NCBI GenBank assembly: GCA_025937875.1
Contig: JAICQM010000002.1
Span: forward strand, 1-44,740
DNA from: Chloroflexota bacterium
GTDB lineage: Bacteria > Chloroflexota > Limnocylindria > QHBO01
Direction of reading: 5' to 3'
DNA: 44,740 nucleotides
Positions 1-8,620 of the stretch are shown piece by piece. Every line of letters starts with the position of its first letter. Position 1 is the stretch's first letter. The notes beneath the pieces are model-generated. The model was not told where the DNA came from. It saw nothing but the letters and a program-made list of their open reading frames with translations, and searched no databases. Position numbers and translations under genes: made by a program.

Positions 1-1277
1 AGCTCGCGCGCGATCTTGTCGTAGGCGTGCAGGACGGTCGAGTGGTCGCGGCCGCCGAGCTCGGCACCGATGCGCAGGAGGCTGATATCGGTCTCCTCGC
101 GCATGAGGTACATGGCGATCTGGCGAGGGACCACGATGGCCCGGTCACGCTTGCTGCTGCGCAGCAGGTCCAGGTTGACCCCGTAGTAGTCGGCCACCGC
201 GCGCACGATGCGCTGCGGGGTGATCGACCGCTTCTTGGGGTTGTACATGACGTTGGAGAGGACCGCCGAGGCGAGCTCGATGCTGATCGGCATGCCACTC
301 ATGCTGGCGTAGGCGATGACCCGGTTCAGCGCGCCCTCGAGCTCGCGGACGTTGCTCACCACCTTGCGTGCGATGAACTCGATGACGTCGGGCGGGATGA
401 GATCGAGCTGGTCCTCCGCCTTGGATCGCAGGATCGCGATACGCGTCTCCAGGTCGGGCGGGGTGAGGTCGGCGATGAGCCCCCACTCGAATCGGGAGCG
501 GAGCCGCTCCTCGAGGGTCGTGATCGCCTTGGGTGGACGGTCCGACGAGAGGACGATCTGCTTGCCGGCCTCGTGGATTGCGTTGAAGGTGTGGAAGAAC
601 TCTTCCTGCGTGCGCTCCCGCTCGGCGATGAACTGAATGTCGTCGATGAGCAGCACGTCGATGCGGCGATATCGGTTCCGGAAGTCCTCCATCTTCTGCT
701 CGCGGATGGAGTTGATGAAGTCGTTGGTGAACTTCTCGCTCGAGGCGTAGAGGACCCGCTTGCGTGGGAACTTGGCCGCCACCGCATTGCCGATCGCGTG
801 CATGAGGTGCGTCTTGCCCAGCCCCACCCCGCCGTACAGGAACAGCGGGTTGTAGGCGTGGCCGGGGCGCTCGGCGACCGAGAGGGCCGCGGCATGCGCC
901 AGCCGGTTGGCGGAGCCGACGATGAAGTTGGTGAAGATGTACCGCGGGTTGAGGTTGACCGCGTTGCCGCCGGCGGAGAGGGGCGGCAGCTGGAGGCTCT
1001 CCTCGGAGGCCTGGTCGGGGACCGGACCCGGGGCGTCGGCGACGACGAACTCGACCTGGACCGAGCCGCCGACCACGCGGGCCACGGTCTGACTGATCAG
1101 GGTCCGGTAGCGGTTGTCGAGCCAGTCACGGGCGAAGCCGTTGGGGGCTGCGATACGGAAGTGGTTGTCGTCGATCTCGACGAGCTGCGTGTCCTTCAGC
1201 CAGGTCTCGAAATTCGCCGGTGAGAGGCTCACCTGGAGCTCGCCCAACACGGCGCGCCAGACCTGCTTCGCTTCCAT
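1..1277 (-). CDS. dnaA: Chromosomal replication initiator protein DnaA (C-terminal end runs off the window start)
   Basis: Reverse-strand translation from the ATG at 1277 gives [29 protein letters not shown]... It contains Walker [17 protein letters not shown], and the domain IV helix ...[18 protein letters not shown] is still open at base 1. It is missing from the ORF track because there is no stop inside the window. The listed 27..1223(+) ORF is its antisense shadow. Confidence 0.95.
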   Translation of the reverse strand, partial: MEAKQVWRAVLGELQVSLSPANFETWLKDTQLVEIDDNHFRIAAPNGFARDWLDNRYRTLISQTVARVVGGSVQVEFVVADAPGPVPDQASEESLQLPPLSAGGNAVNLNPRYIFTNFIVGSANRLAHAAALSVAERPGHAYNPLFLYGGVGLGKTHLMHAIGNAVAAKFPRKRVLYASSEKFTNDFINSIREQKMEDFRNRYRRIDVLLIDDIQFIAERERTQEEFFHTFNAIHEAGKQIVLSSDRPPKAITTLEERLRSRFEWGLIADLTPPDLETRIAILRSKAEDQLDLIPPDVIEFIARKVVSNVRELEGALNRVIAYASMSGMPISIELASAVLSNVMYNPKKRSITPQRIVRAVADYYGVNLDLLRSSKRDRAIVVPRQIAMYLMREETDISLLRIGAELGGRDHSTVLHAYDKIARE

Positions 1278-1387
1278 CAACACGCGTCTCCACGCCCGCA
1301 GCACGGGCCTCGAACAAGGGATCGAACACCACCCCGCGTGGGCGGTCGAGGGACTTCGGGAGCGTATCCGGCCGCTGGGGTCGCGGT

Positions 1388-1417
1388 AGTGTAGCAGCCC
1401 CAAATCGGCCGGGGCAA
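1388..1417 (-). promoter_or_regulatory. Candidate dnaA promoter (-35 TTGCCC, 18 nt spacer, -10 TACACT)
   Basis: On the minus strand, TTGCCC (1417-1412) and TACACT (1393-1388) lie about 105 nt upstream of the dnaA ATG. This is a hexamer match only. Confidence 0.3.
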
Positions 1418-1480
1418 CGGTTCGCGCGATCTGCCGTCCGAGGCCGCGGCCAGGATGCACCAGATGCCGATCGTCGGCGT

Positions 1481-1509
1481 TTGACCGCCTCACGCGCGGT
1501 ACGTACAAT
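1481..1509 (+). promoter_or_regulatory. Candidate rpmH promoter (-35 TTGACC, 17 nt spacer, -10 TACAAT)
   Basis: TTGACC at 1481-1486 and TACAAT at 1504-1509 with an exact 17-nt spacer. This implies a ~120-nt 5' UTR carrying a GCGGCTGGC/GCCAGCCGT hairpin. Confidence 0.45.
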
Positions 1510-1638
1510 CCCGACGGAACCGCACCACGGCCTCGGTGGGCGCTGTATGAGCGGCTGGCTTGCGCCAGCCGTCGTCGTGTTCGCAGCGTTGCATACACCC
1601 GCCGGCCACGCTGCACGTACGAGGACGACCACGGACCC

Positions 1639-1776
1639 ATGGGAAAGGCTACCTACCAGCCCAAGCGACGCGCCCGCAAGCGGGAGCATGGCTTCATGGC
1701 GCGGATGGCCTCCAAGGGCGGTCGCCGCGTGCTGGCTCGCCGGCGCGCCAAGGGGCGCAAGCGACTGACCGTCTGA
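1639..1776 (+). CDS. rpmH: 50S ribosomal protein L34
   Basis: A 45-codon ORF below the track cutoff: [45 protein letters not shown]. This is a textbook L34 sequence, divergent from dnaA and upstream of rnpA. Confidence 0.95.
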   Translation: MGKATYQPKRRARKREHGFMARMASKGGRRVLARRRAKGRKRLTV

Positions 1777-1802
1777 CGCCCCTCAGCGGGAAGGCACGGA
1801 CC

Positions 1803-2135
1803 GTGCCGCCGCTCCCCACCCTGCGCCGTCGCGCCGACTTCGATGCGGTGATGCGCAGCGGGACGGCGCGATCGCACCGGATCCTGGTCCTCCGCTGGCG
1901 TCACACCGATCGCGCCGAGACGCGCATCGGGCTCAGCACGCCGCGCTCGATCGGCGGGGCAGTGGTGCGGAACCGGGTACGCCGTCGCCTGCGCGAGATC
2001 GTGCGGGAACGGCTGGGTGACATCGGGGCCGGCTACGACCTGCTCCTCATCGCTCGGCCGGACGCAGCAGGTGCGAGCTTCGCCGAGCTGCGGTCGGCAT
2101 TGGCCACGCTCCTGGAACGAGCAGGGATCGGATGA
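1803..2135 (+). CDS. rnpA: Ribonuclease P protein component
   Basis: An in-frame GTG lies inside ORF 1560..2135. The protein reads [20 protein letters not shown]...[20 protein letters not shown] (RNR motif). It follows rpmH, and its stop overlaps the yidD ATG (ATGA). The start codon choice is uncertain. Confidence 0.85.
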   Translation: MPPLPTLRRRADFDAVMRSGTARSHRILVLRWRHTDRAETRIGLSTPRSIGGAVVRNRVRRRLREIVRERLGDIGAGYDLLLIARPDAAGASFAELRSALATLLERAGIG

Positions 2136-2341
2136 TGAGAAGGATCGGCCTGGGATTGATCATCGCGTACCAGAAGCTGACCGGGTGGATGCCGCCATCC
2201 TGCCGCTACACGCCGAGCTGCTCGCACTACACCTACCAGGCCATCGAGCGGCACGGGCTGCTCCGGGGATCGTGGATGGGAGCACGCCGCATCGCGCGCT
2301 GCAATCCCCTCCACCCCGGCGGCTACGACCCGGTCACGTAG
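2132..2341 (+). CDS. yidD: Membrane protein insertion efficiency factor YidD
   Basis: ...[33 protein letters not shown]...[12 protein letters not shown] matches the YidD signature. The canonical rnpA-yidD-yidC order supports the call. Confidence 0.9.
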   Translation: MMRRIGLGLIIAYQKLTGWMPPSCRYTPSCSHYTYQAIERHGLLRGSWMGARRIARCNPLHPGGYDPVT

Positions 2342-2356
2342 GCGAGGATCGCGTAC

Positions 2357-3514
2357 TTGCCCCCCGTCATCGGCGCCGGCTTCCTCGGGATCGAGCATTT
2401 CACGCCGCCCTGGGACGTCTTCTTCCTCCCGCTCTTCAACCTGCTCATCGGCCTCTACAACATCCTCTTCAGCGACTTCGCGCTGGCGATCATCGTGTTC
2501 ACGATCGTCATCCGGACCGTGGTCGCGCCGCTGTTCGTGCAGCAGATCCGCTCCCAGAAGGAGATGCAGCGCATGCAGCCGCTGGTCCGCGAGGTCCAGC
2601 GCAAGCACAAGGGCAACCGGCAGAAGATCACCGAAGAGACCATGGCGCTGTACAAGGAGCACGGCGTCAACCAGTTCGGTGGCTGCCTGCCGACGCTGCT
2701 CCAGCTGCCGATCCTGTTCGCCCTCTACCAGGCCATCATCCGTGCCTCGAACGTCGTCACCCTGACGCCCGAGCAGGCATCGTCGTCGACGCTGACGGAC
2801 CTCCAGGCCGCTCTCCCCGGCATCGCACGCATCACCGAGACCACGTTCTCGGCCCCGTTCCAGGGCGCCGGAGCGCTGTGCAACCTGCCGGCATTCAACA
2901 TCTCCGAGTTCAGCCACTTCCTGCCGCTCAACTGCCAGCTCATCGATCCGGTGAAGCTCGCGTCGCCGGTCGACACGACCGCCGCATGGCTGTTCGGCCT
3001 GGACCTGGCCCAGCGCGACCACGTGTTCGCGCTGGTGATCCCGGGGATCGGTTTCTCCCTCTCCGCGCTGGCCGTCATCGCGGCCATCCTGCAGTTCATC
3101 CAGGTCAAGATGACCTCGCCGCGACCGAATCCGGACGACCCGACGGCGGCCGCGACGGGCACCATGGTCTATCTCTTCCCGCTCCTCACCATCTTCTGGG
3201 GCGGCATCTTCCCGAGTGGACTGATCCTGTACTGGGTCGTGTACACGGCCTACCTGGTCGTGCAGCAGTTCTTCATCATGGGTTGGGGCAACCTCTTCCC
3301 GATCTTCGGCTGGCAGCCCGCCTGGGCGCCGTCCCCCGAAGAGACCGCCATTCGACCGCGCCGACGCGACGATGCTCCGGACGCGAAGCGCGCAGGCGGT
3401 GACGCGACGGATCGCGAGGAGTCCGCCCGACCCTCCACCCCACGCCCGACGCAGCCCGGCCAGCAGCCGCGGCGACGCCAGGGCGGCAAGCGACGAGGTC
3501 GTAAGCAACGATGA
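2357..3514 (+). CDS. yidC: Membrane protein insertase YidC/Oxa1 family
   Basis: Motifs IVIRTVVAPLFVQQIRSQKEMQRMQP, ALYKEHGVNQFGGCLPTLLQLPILFALYQAI, several hydrophobic helices and an Arg/Lys-rich C-tail. The stop overlaps the jag ATG. The track start is a TTG, so the exact start is uncertain. Confidence 0.9.
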   Translation: MPPVIGAGFLGIEHFTPPWDVFFLPLFNLLIGLYNILFSDFALAIIVFTIVIRTVVAPLFVQQIRSQKEMQRMQPLVREVQRKHKGNRQKITEETMALYKEHGVNQFGGCLPTLLQLPILFALYQAIIRASNVVTLTPEQASSSTLTDLQAALPGIARITETTFSAPFQGAGALCNLPAFNISEFSHFLPLNCQLIDPVKLASPVDTTAAWLFGLDLAQRDHVFALVIPGIGFSLSALAVIAAILQFIQVKMTSPRPNPDDPTAAATGTMVYLFPLLTIFWGGIFPSGLILYWVVYTAYLVVQQFFIMGWGNLFPIFGWQPAWAPSPEETAIRPRRRDDAPDAKRAGGDATDREESARPSTPRPTQPGQQPRRRQGGKRRGRKQR

Positions 3515-4596
3515 CGTTCAAGGAATTTTCCGGAAAGAACGTCGAGGAAGCCATCCGCACCGCCATGAAGGAATACGGCGCGGACCTCGGTGACCTCGAT
3601 ATCGAGATCCTTGCCCAGGGCAGCCGCGGCATCCTGGGCGTTGGCGGCGAGGAGGCGCGCATCCTGGCCGCGCCGAAGTCGGCCGTGGCTGCGTCGGCAT
3701 CCGTGCGCGAGCCGGTGACAGATGTCGCCGCCGAGGCCGATGAGGACGCCCAGCCCGCCGCCCCGGCACCCCGCGGGCGGGGTCGCGGGCGCACCCGCAC
3801 GCCCGAGCCGGAGGCGGAGGCCGCCGCCGAGGGCGGTGACGACGACGTGCCGGAGCTCGAAGAGCCCGCCGCCGAGGCGATCCCGCCCGCCGCCGCGCCG
3901 CCCGCTGAAGAAGAAGAGCTGGACCCGGCTGCCTTCCGGGTCGGCGACGATGTCGACGAGGACGAGGCCGAGCGCAGCCGGCGCCGTGGCCGGCGCGGTG
4001 GGCGCGGCCGCAATGGCCGAAACGGCCACGATACCAATCCGCCGCGCGAGCGCGCCGCCCGCGAACGCTCGACCCGCGAACCGACCCCGTTCGTGCCCGC
4101 CAAGCCGCTCGAGGAGCTGTCCGAGGACGAGCGCGGCATCCTGGTCGAGGCGCAGGGCGTCCTGACCGAGATCATGCGGCTCATGGACCTCAAGGCGACG
4201 GTCGAGATCGCGATGGGTCACGAGACCTCGAAGCTCAACGTGAAGGGCGACGGGCTGGGCGTCCTCATCGGCCGCCGCGGCGAGAAGCTCGCCAGCCTGC
4301 AGCACATCGTCAACCTGATGGTCCAGCGGCGCGAGGGCCCGCAGCACCGAATCATGGTGGACGTGGAGAACTACCGCGGCCGCCGCGAGGACCAGCTGCG
4401 CGACGTCGCCGACCGCGCCGCCAAGCGCGTCCTGCAGACCGGCAAGATCATCCAGCTCGAGGCCATGCCGGCCGTGGAGCGGCGGATCGTGCATATGGCC
4501 CTGATCGAGAACCCCCGGATCCGGACCCAGAGCGTCGGCGAGGAGCCCAACCGGCGGATCGTGATCCTGCCCGCCACCCAGGTCGAGCCCCGCTAG
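3511..4596 (+). CDS. jag: Jag/KhpB RNA-binding protein (Jag_N + KH + R3H)
   Basis: N-terminus MTFKEFSGKNVEEAIRTAMKEYG, a KH-like LNVKGDGLGVLIGRRGEKLASLQHIV, and an R3H-like ENYRGRREDQL...AVERRIVHMAL. It sits downstream of yidC, as usual. Confidence 0.85.
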   Translation: MTFKEFSGKNVEEAIRTAMKEYGADLGDLDIEILAQGSRGILGVGGEEARILAAPKSAVAASASVREPVTDVAAEADEDAQPAAPAPRGRGRGRTRTPEPEAEAAAEGGDDDVPELEEPAAEAIPPAAAPPAEEEELDPAAFRVGDDVDEDEAERSRRRGRRGGRGRNGRNGHDTNPPRERAARERSTREPTPFVPAKPLEELSEDERGILVEAQGVLTEIMRLMDLKATVEIAMGHETSKLNVKGDGLGVLIGRRGEKLASLQHIVNLMVQRREGPQHRIMVDVENYRGRREDQLRDVADRAAKRVLQTGKIIQLEAMPAVERRIVHMALIENPRIRTQSVGEEPNRRIVILPATQVEPR

Positions 4597-4616
4597 GCAT
4601 CGGTCGAGAGGCAGCG

Positions 4617-5069
4617 GTGGCTGCCCAGCCCGAGCACTTGGCGGCGGTCGGCCGCCTGGAGGCCGATCCGGGTTCTCCCTGGGTCGGCCTCGCGCGCGCG
4701 GCAGGCCGCTTCGAGCTCGCGTTCGGCGTGCCCGATGGCACCGTCCACGTGGTGCGCGACACGCCCCGCCGCGAGCTGTTGGCGCTGGCCATCGCCTACG
4801 TCGGCGAGACGCTGACCGACCCGCCCCCGGAGCTCGAGGCGACGCACGCCGACCTCGCGGCACTCGTCGGGTGGCTGCGGGACACCGCCAGCGGCCCGGC
4901 GGCGTCTGAGCTCCTGCGGCAGGCCCTCGACGGGATCGACGACGGGCTCGCAGCCGATGTCGTCATCGCGCGCCTGGTGGCGGCCGCCGAGGACGGGACG
5001 CCGAACGAGCAGGCCGACGGCTGGGTCGGCCTGCTCGTTGAGCGCTATCGGTCAATCAGCGGCCTCTAG
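4617..5069 (+). CDS. Hypothetical protein (150 aa)
   Basis: GTG start 5 nt after GAGAGG. Third codon positions are almost all G/C in this frame. I recognise no family. Confidence 0.55.
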   Translation: MAAQPEHLAAVGRLEADPGSPWVGLARAAGRFELAFGVPDGTVHVVRDTPRRELLALAIAYVGETLTDPPPELEATHADLAALVGWLRDTASGPAASELLRQALDGIDDGLAADVVIARLVAAAEDGTPNEQADGWVGLLVERYRSISGL

Positions 5070-5078
5070 CCGCTCCGG

Positions 5079-5594
5079 TCAGGGCTGCGGTCGGTCGTCC
5101 GTGCCGGCATCGGCAGGCGGCGGCCCGGCGGGCGGCGGCGCGGCCGGGGGCTCGGTGGACGCAGGCGGCGCGGCCGGAGGCGGAGTCGCCGAGCCGGTCG
5201 TTGCAGCCGGGTTGCCCAGGACGAACTTGCCGCCCTCGGACTGGAACTCCTGCCAGCCGGCCCACGCCATCACCAGGCCACCTACGACGGCGACGAGGAA
5301 CAGGATGTCGCGCAGGTTGGTGGCGGTGGTGATCGTCCCGATGTAGATGAGCAGGGTGAGGACGAGGAGCACGGCAGCGATCCCGCCGGCGAGAAGCATC
5401 AGGCTTCCCTTCGAGCCCGGAAGCTTCGTACCAGGCGACATCTGCGGGAGGAAGACGATGGCCAGCATGCCGATCGCGGCCAGGATCGCGATGAGTCCGA
5501 CACCGTAGCCATACCCGACCAGTGCGCCGATGATCACGGCCGCCGAGCCGTAGACCGCGAGCTTCTCGTTCGATGAGAGGGTGCTGAAGTTCAT
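5079..5594 (-). CDS. Hypothetical integral membrane protein with Pro/Ala-rich C-tail
   Basis: About four hydrophobic helices (e.g. AAVIIGALVGYGYGVGLIAILAAIGMLAIVFL) followed by PPPAAPPASTEPPAAPPPAGPPP. AAGGAGG lies upstream of the ATG. I recognise no family. Confidence 0.65.
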   Translation of the reverse strand: MNFSTLSSNEKLAVYGSAAVIIGALVGYGYGVGLIAILAAIGMLAIVFLPQMSPGTKLPGSKGSLMLLAGGIAAVLLVLTLLIYIGTITTATNLRDILFLVAVVGGLVMAWAGWQEFQSEGGKFVLGNPAATTGSATPPPAAPPASTEPPAAPPPAGPPPADAGTDDRPQP

Positions 5595-5727
5595 GAGTGG
5601 GCGCTGCCTCCTTCAACGCGGCGCGTGCGATCGTGGCGGATGGCGCAAATGGGATGAGGACCGATCGGTTGGCCGCTGTGTGCGCAGGAGGGTAGCACCC
5701 GGGCGCGTGCGCGCCTAGGGCATGAAC

Positions 5728-5755
5728 GACGGCGGCCACGCAGGCGGCCGCCGTC
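5728..5755 (-). terminator. GC-rich hairpin downstream of the tmRNA 3' end
   Basis: GACGGCGGCC (5728-5737) pairs with GGCCGCCGTC (5746-5755) around an 8-nt loop, 10 nt beyond the tmRNA CCA end. The U-tract is poor. Confidence 0.35.
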
Positions 5756-5765
5756 AGATGAGGAA

Positions 5766-6130
5766 TGGTGGAGATGGGGGAGAATCGAACTCCCCGTCCA
5801 GAACCGAGTCGCCGGGAACTTCCTACAAGCGTTTCCGGCTTACTTGGGTTTCGCGTCGTGGGCCCCCAACCGGCGGGGTGCCTCACTGGCTATCCGGCGT
5901 GACCTTGCGGCCTCTTTGACGCTGCTCACCGGAGTCGGCCGCGCCGCACCTCCCCTGTTTGCATCTTCGCCGTCCGGGGAGGTGAGTCGGCGTCGATGTT
6001 CACTGCCTAAGCAGCGAAAGCGTAGCTGGGCTTGTTGCCAGTTACTGTTGGTGCCCTCTTTTTACGAGGCCTGAGGGCGCCTCGGCTTGCGATTCCCGGT
6101 CCCTGAGCCCTGTCGAAACCTGACATCCCC
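5766..6130 (-). ncRNA. ssrA: tmRNA (SsrA), one-piece
   Basis: The minus strand starts GGGGATGTCAGGTTTCGACAGGG and ends GGACGGGGAGTTCGATTCTCCCCCATCTCCACCA (T-arm plus ACCA). The internal tag frame GCA CCA ACA GTA ACT GGC AAC AAG CCC AGC TAC GCT TTC GCT GCT TAG encodes APTVTGNKPSYAFAA. It is adjacent to smpB. Confidence 0.93.
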
Positions 6131-6149
6131 ACGGACCGATAACCCCAAG

Positions 6150-6178
6150 AGTCTACCACAACAGAACGCCTGTTCCAA
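6150..6178 (-). promoter_or_regulatory. Candidate ssrA promoter (-35 TTGGAA, 17 nt spacer, -10 TAGACT)
   Basis: The minus strand reads TTGGAA(6178-6173)-17 nt-TAGACT(6155-6150), about 20 nt upstream of the mature tmRNA 5' end. This is consistent with a short RNase P-processed leader. Confidence 0.4.
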
Positions 6179-6185
6179 TCCCCGC

Positions 6186-6650
6186 TCAGAGCTTGATGCG
6201 ACCGGCGTGCTTCGACTCGCGCTGCAGGTCGCGGCGCATGTCGCGCTCGGCGATGGTGCGGCGCTTGTCGTGCGCCTTCTTGCCGCGCGCGACGCCGAGC
6301 TCCACCTTCGCCATGCCGTTGCGGATGTAGAGGCGCAGCGGGACGATGGTCAGCCCCTTCTGCTGGGTGAGGCCGGTCAGCTCGGCGATCTGGCCACGAT
6401 GCAGCAGCAGTTTGCGGGTGCGGGTCGGCTCGTGGTTCCAGCGGTTGCCCTCGGCGTACGGGGCGATGTGCGCACCGATGAGCCACGCCTCCCCGCCCTC
6501 GATGCGGGCGTAGGCCTCGGCCAGGTTGGCGCGGTGGGCGCGGATCGACTTGATCTCGGTCCCGGTCAGCACGATGCCCGCCTCGAAGGTGTCCTCGATG
6601 GCGTACTCGTGGTGCGCGCGCCGGTTGACGGCGATCGTCTCGTCGGGCAT
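6186..6650 (-). CDS. smpB: SsrA-binding protein SmpB
   Basis: [37 protein letters not shown]...KLLLHRGQI...[32 protein letters not shown] is an unmistakable SmpB. It lies next to ssrA. Confidence 0.95.
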   Translation of the reverse strand: MPDETIAVNRRAHHEYAIEDTFEAGIVLTGTEIKSIRAHRANLAEAYARIEGGEAWLIGAHIAPYAEGNRWNHEPTRTRKLLLHRGQIAELTGLTQQKGLTIVPLRLYIRNGMAKVELGVARGKKAHDKRRTIAERDMRRDLQRESKHAGRIKL

Positions 6651-6701
6651 GGGTCGTATCGGTCCAGTCGTCGGTGGTTGAGCGCCCGGGCGGGCATGGA
6701 A

Positions 6702-6726
6702 AGAGCCGGCCGTTTCGGCCGGCTCT
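6702..6726 (-). terminator. Rho-independent-type terminator hairpin between the S41 protease gene and smpB
   Basis: On the minus strand, AGAGCCGGCC-GAAA-CGGCCGGCTCT is followed by TTCC. The stem is a perfect 10 bp. Confidence 0.5.
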
Positions 6727-6867
6727 CATCCGTCGCTACCACTCGAAGTGGGCTATCGCACCGCCTCGGTGGTGGCGTGCAAAGGAATACTCACGTGCAC
6801 ACCACCTCCTTTCGTTGCCCGGGATGCTAGCACCACGCCGTGCCGAGCACAAGGCGCGGCCAGCAGG

Positions 6868-8304
6868 TCAGACCTCGATCAGGTTGAGCGCGCCGGGATC
6901 GTAGGCGCCCATGCCGCCGGCCGGGGCCATCGCCGCCGGCGACCCGGACGGTGCGGCCGGCTCCCCCACCCCGCGCGTCGAGAGGAACTCGACCGCGCGC
7001 TCGACGAACAGGTCCTGCTCCGGGGGCGTCTCGGGCGGCACCTCGACGGTGACGTCGGGCTGGACGCCATCGGGCGCCACGCTGCGGTGACCGGGGGTGA
7101 ACCAACGACTGATCGTGATCCGCACCCCGCCATCGTTCTCGAGCGGAGCCCAGACCTGGACGGTGTTCTTGCCGAAGGTGGGTTGACCGATGACGGTGGC
7201 GCGCCCCGTCTCCTGGAGCGCGGCGGCGACGATCTCAGATGCCGAGGCACTCCCCTCGTTGGTGAGGACGACCACCGGCAGGTTGCTGTCGGTCGCCGCA
7301 CCGTCGCCGGTCGCCTCCCAGCGCTTCACGTCCTCGCCCGCCGACTCCTGGGTGAAGATGAGCCCCGAGTCGATGAACTCGCTCCCGATCTGCCGCGCGG
7401 CCTCGATGTAGCCGCCGGGATTGTCACGCAGGTCGAAGATGACCTGGTCTGCCCCGTCGGCGAGGAGCTGCGCCAGCGCGGAGTGGAACTGGTCGGAGGC
7501 CGACTCGCTGAATCCGTGGAGCGCGATGTAGCCGATGTGGCCGTCGATCATGCGCGTCGTCACCTCGCGCATGGTGATCTCGGCCCGGGTGATGGTCAGC
7601 TCCAACGCCTCGCCGTCGCGGAGCAAACCCAGCGTCACGTCGGTCCCGGCCTCGCCGCGGACCTTGGTGATCTGGTCCTGCATGGTGCTGCCCTCGACGC
7701 TCACCCCGTCGACCGCGGTCACGATGTCGCCGGCCCGCAGCCCGGCCGCCTCGGCCGGGGAGCCGGCGATCGGCGCGACCACGACCAGCACGCAGCTGGC
7801 GGACAGCTGGGCGCAGGGCTCGAGATTCCCCGGATCGTCGAGGTTCTTGAGCGCCATCTCGGCGCCGATGCCCTCGAACTTGCCGGACAGGTCACCCAGC
7901 GCCTGCTGGTACTGGGCCGGCGCCATGTACCCGCTGTAGGGATCGGCGACGCCGTACTGGAACATGCCCTGGATGGCGCCCTCTGCCAGCTTGGTGTCGT
8001 CGAGCTGGTCGACGTACTCGGCCTTCAGCTTGTCGTACGCCTCGCAGAAGGCGGCGAAGGCCTCGGTCGGCGCGGCGCACGAGCCGGAGCCGGCCAAGCC
8101 GCCGCCCCGCACCAGGAAGCCGGCGGTGAACAGCAGCGCCCCCACCACCGCGGCCAGGACCAGGCTGACGATCCATGCCGCCGACAGCGGTGCACCACGC
8201 TCGGGCCGCGGCGCCGTGGACGCGGCGTGGCCTGGCTCGAGATGGGGCGAGTGAGCGTCGGGAGCGGGCGGCGCCGAGGGCGGCCGCGGGGTCTCATCGG
8301 TCAT
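6868..8304 (-). CDS. Carboxy-terminal processing protease, S41 family (N-terminal TM + PDZ + peptidase)
   Basis: PDZ-like VVVAPIAGSPAEAAGLRAGDIVTAVDG. S41 core IGYIALHGFSE...VIFDLRDNPGGY...VVVLTNEGSASASEIVAAALQ...ATVIGQPTFGK. An N-terminal membrane helix is present. Confidence 0.9.
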   Translation of the reverse strand: MTDETPRPPSAPPAPDAHSPHLEPGHAASTAPRPERGAPLSAAWIVSLVLAAVVGALLFTAGFLVRGGGLAGSGSCAAPTEAFAAFCEAYDKLKAEYVDQLDDTKLAEGAIQGMFQYGVADPYSGYMAPAQYQQALGDLSGKFEGIGAEMALKNLDDPGNLEPCAQLSASCVLVVVAPIAGSPAEAAGLRAGDIVTAVDGVSVEGSTMQDQITKVRGEAGTDVTLGLLRDGEALELTITRAEITMREVTTRMIDGHIGYIALHGFSESASDQFHSALAQLLADGADQVIFDLRDNPGGYIEAARQIGSEFIDSGLIFTQESAGEDVKRWEATGDGAATDSNLPVVVLTNEGSASASEIVAAALQETGRATVIGQPTFGKNTVQVWAPLENDGGVRITISRWFTPGHRSVAPDGVQPDVTVEVPPETPPEQDLFVERAVEFLSTRGVGEPAAPSGSPAAMAPAGGMGAYDPGALNLIEV

Positions 8305-8390
8305 GAAGGTGCCGCGGAGTGTAGCACCGGTCCGGTTCGGACCCGGTTACGGCCGCATGTCCCTTTCGCAATGCGCGTTCGTCGTTCCGC

Positions 8391-8600
8391 GTGCGCTGGG
8401 GCGCATGGCTTGGCGGAATTGGCCGCACGCGTGCGCTGGGGCGCACGCAACAACGAAGATCGGGCCGATCTTGGCGCACTGCCACCCACGCTGTGCGCCG
8501 CGGCGCACACGGTCGCGCGAATCGGGTCTGAACTGGGGTCTGCTTCGTAGATACGTGCGCCCCAGCGCACACAGCGTGAGGTACGTGCGCCGGGGTGCAC
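8391..8600. repeat. Cluster of five GTGCGC-N4-GCGCAC near-palindromes, including a 140-bp dyad-symmetric unit (8431-8570)
   Basis: Copies lie at 8391-8406, 8431-8446, 8493-8508 (perfect palindrome GTGCGCCGCGGCGCAC), 8555-8570 and 8585-8600. The 28-bp ends of 8431-8570 are inverted copies (25/28 by hand). A related copy lies at 44641-44677. Confidence 0.8.
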
Positions 8601-8620
8601 AGCGCGGGAACGAGACGAGC

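Noticed and set aside
27-1223. 398-aa plus-strand ORF at the window start
   Set aside because: It is the antisense shadow of dnaA. The translation is Arg/Gly/Asp/Val-rich low complexity, while the opposite strand encodes an unmistakable DnaA.
1278-1638. oriC in the dnaA-rpmH intergenic region
   Set aside because: I found no 9-mer within 2 mismatches of TTATCCACA and no AT-rich unwinding element. The region looks like two divergent promoters plus UTRs. oriC may lie beyond dnaA, outside the window.
6007-6729. 240-aa minus-strand ORF spanning tmRNA and smpB
   Set aside because: It is an artefact. Its C-terminus is the tmRNA tag frame (..APTVTGNKPSYAFAA) and the rest is an out-of-frame reading across smpB.
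8391-8600. CRISPR array
   Set aside because: The repeats are only 16-28 bp, occur in both orientations, are irregularly spaced (29-63 bp) and form a dyad-symmetric unit. There are no cas genes in the window.
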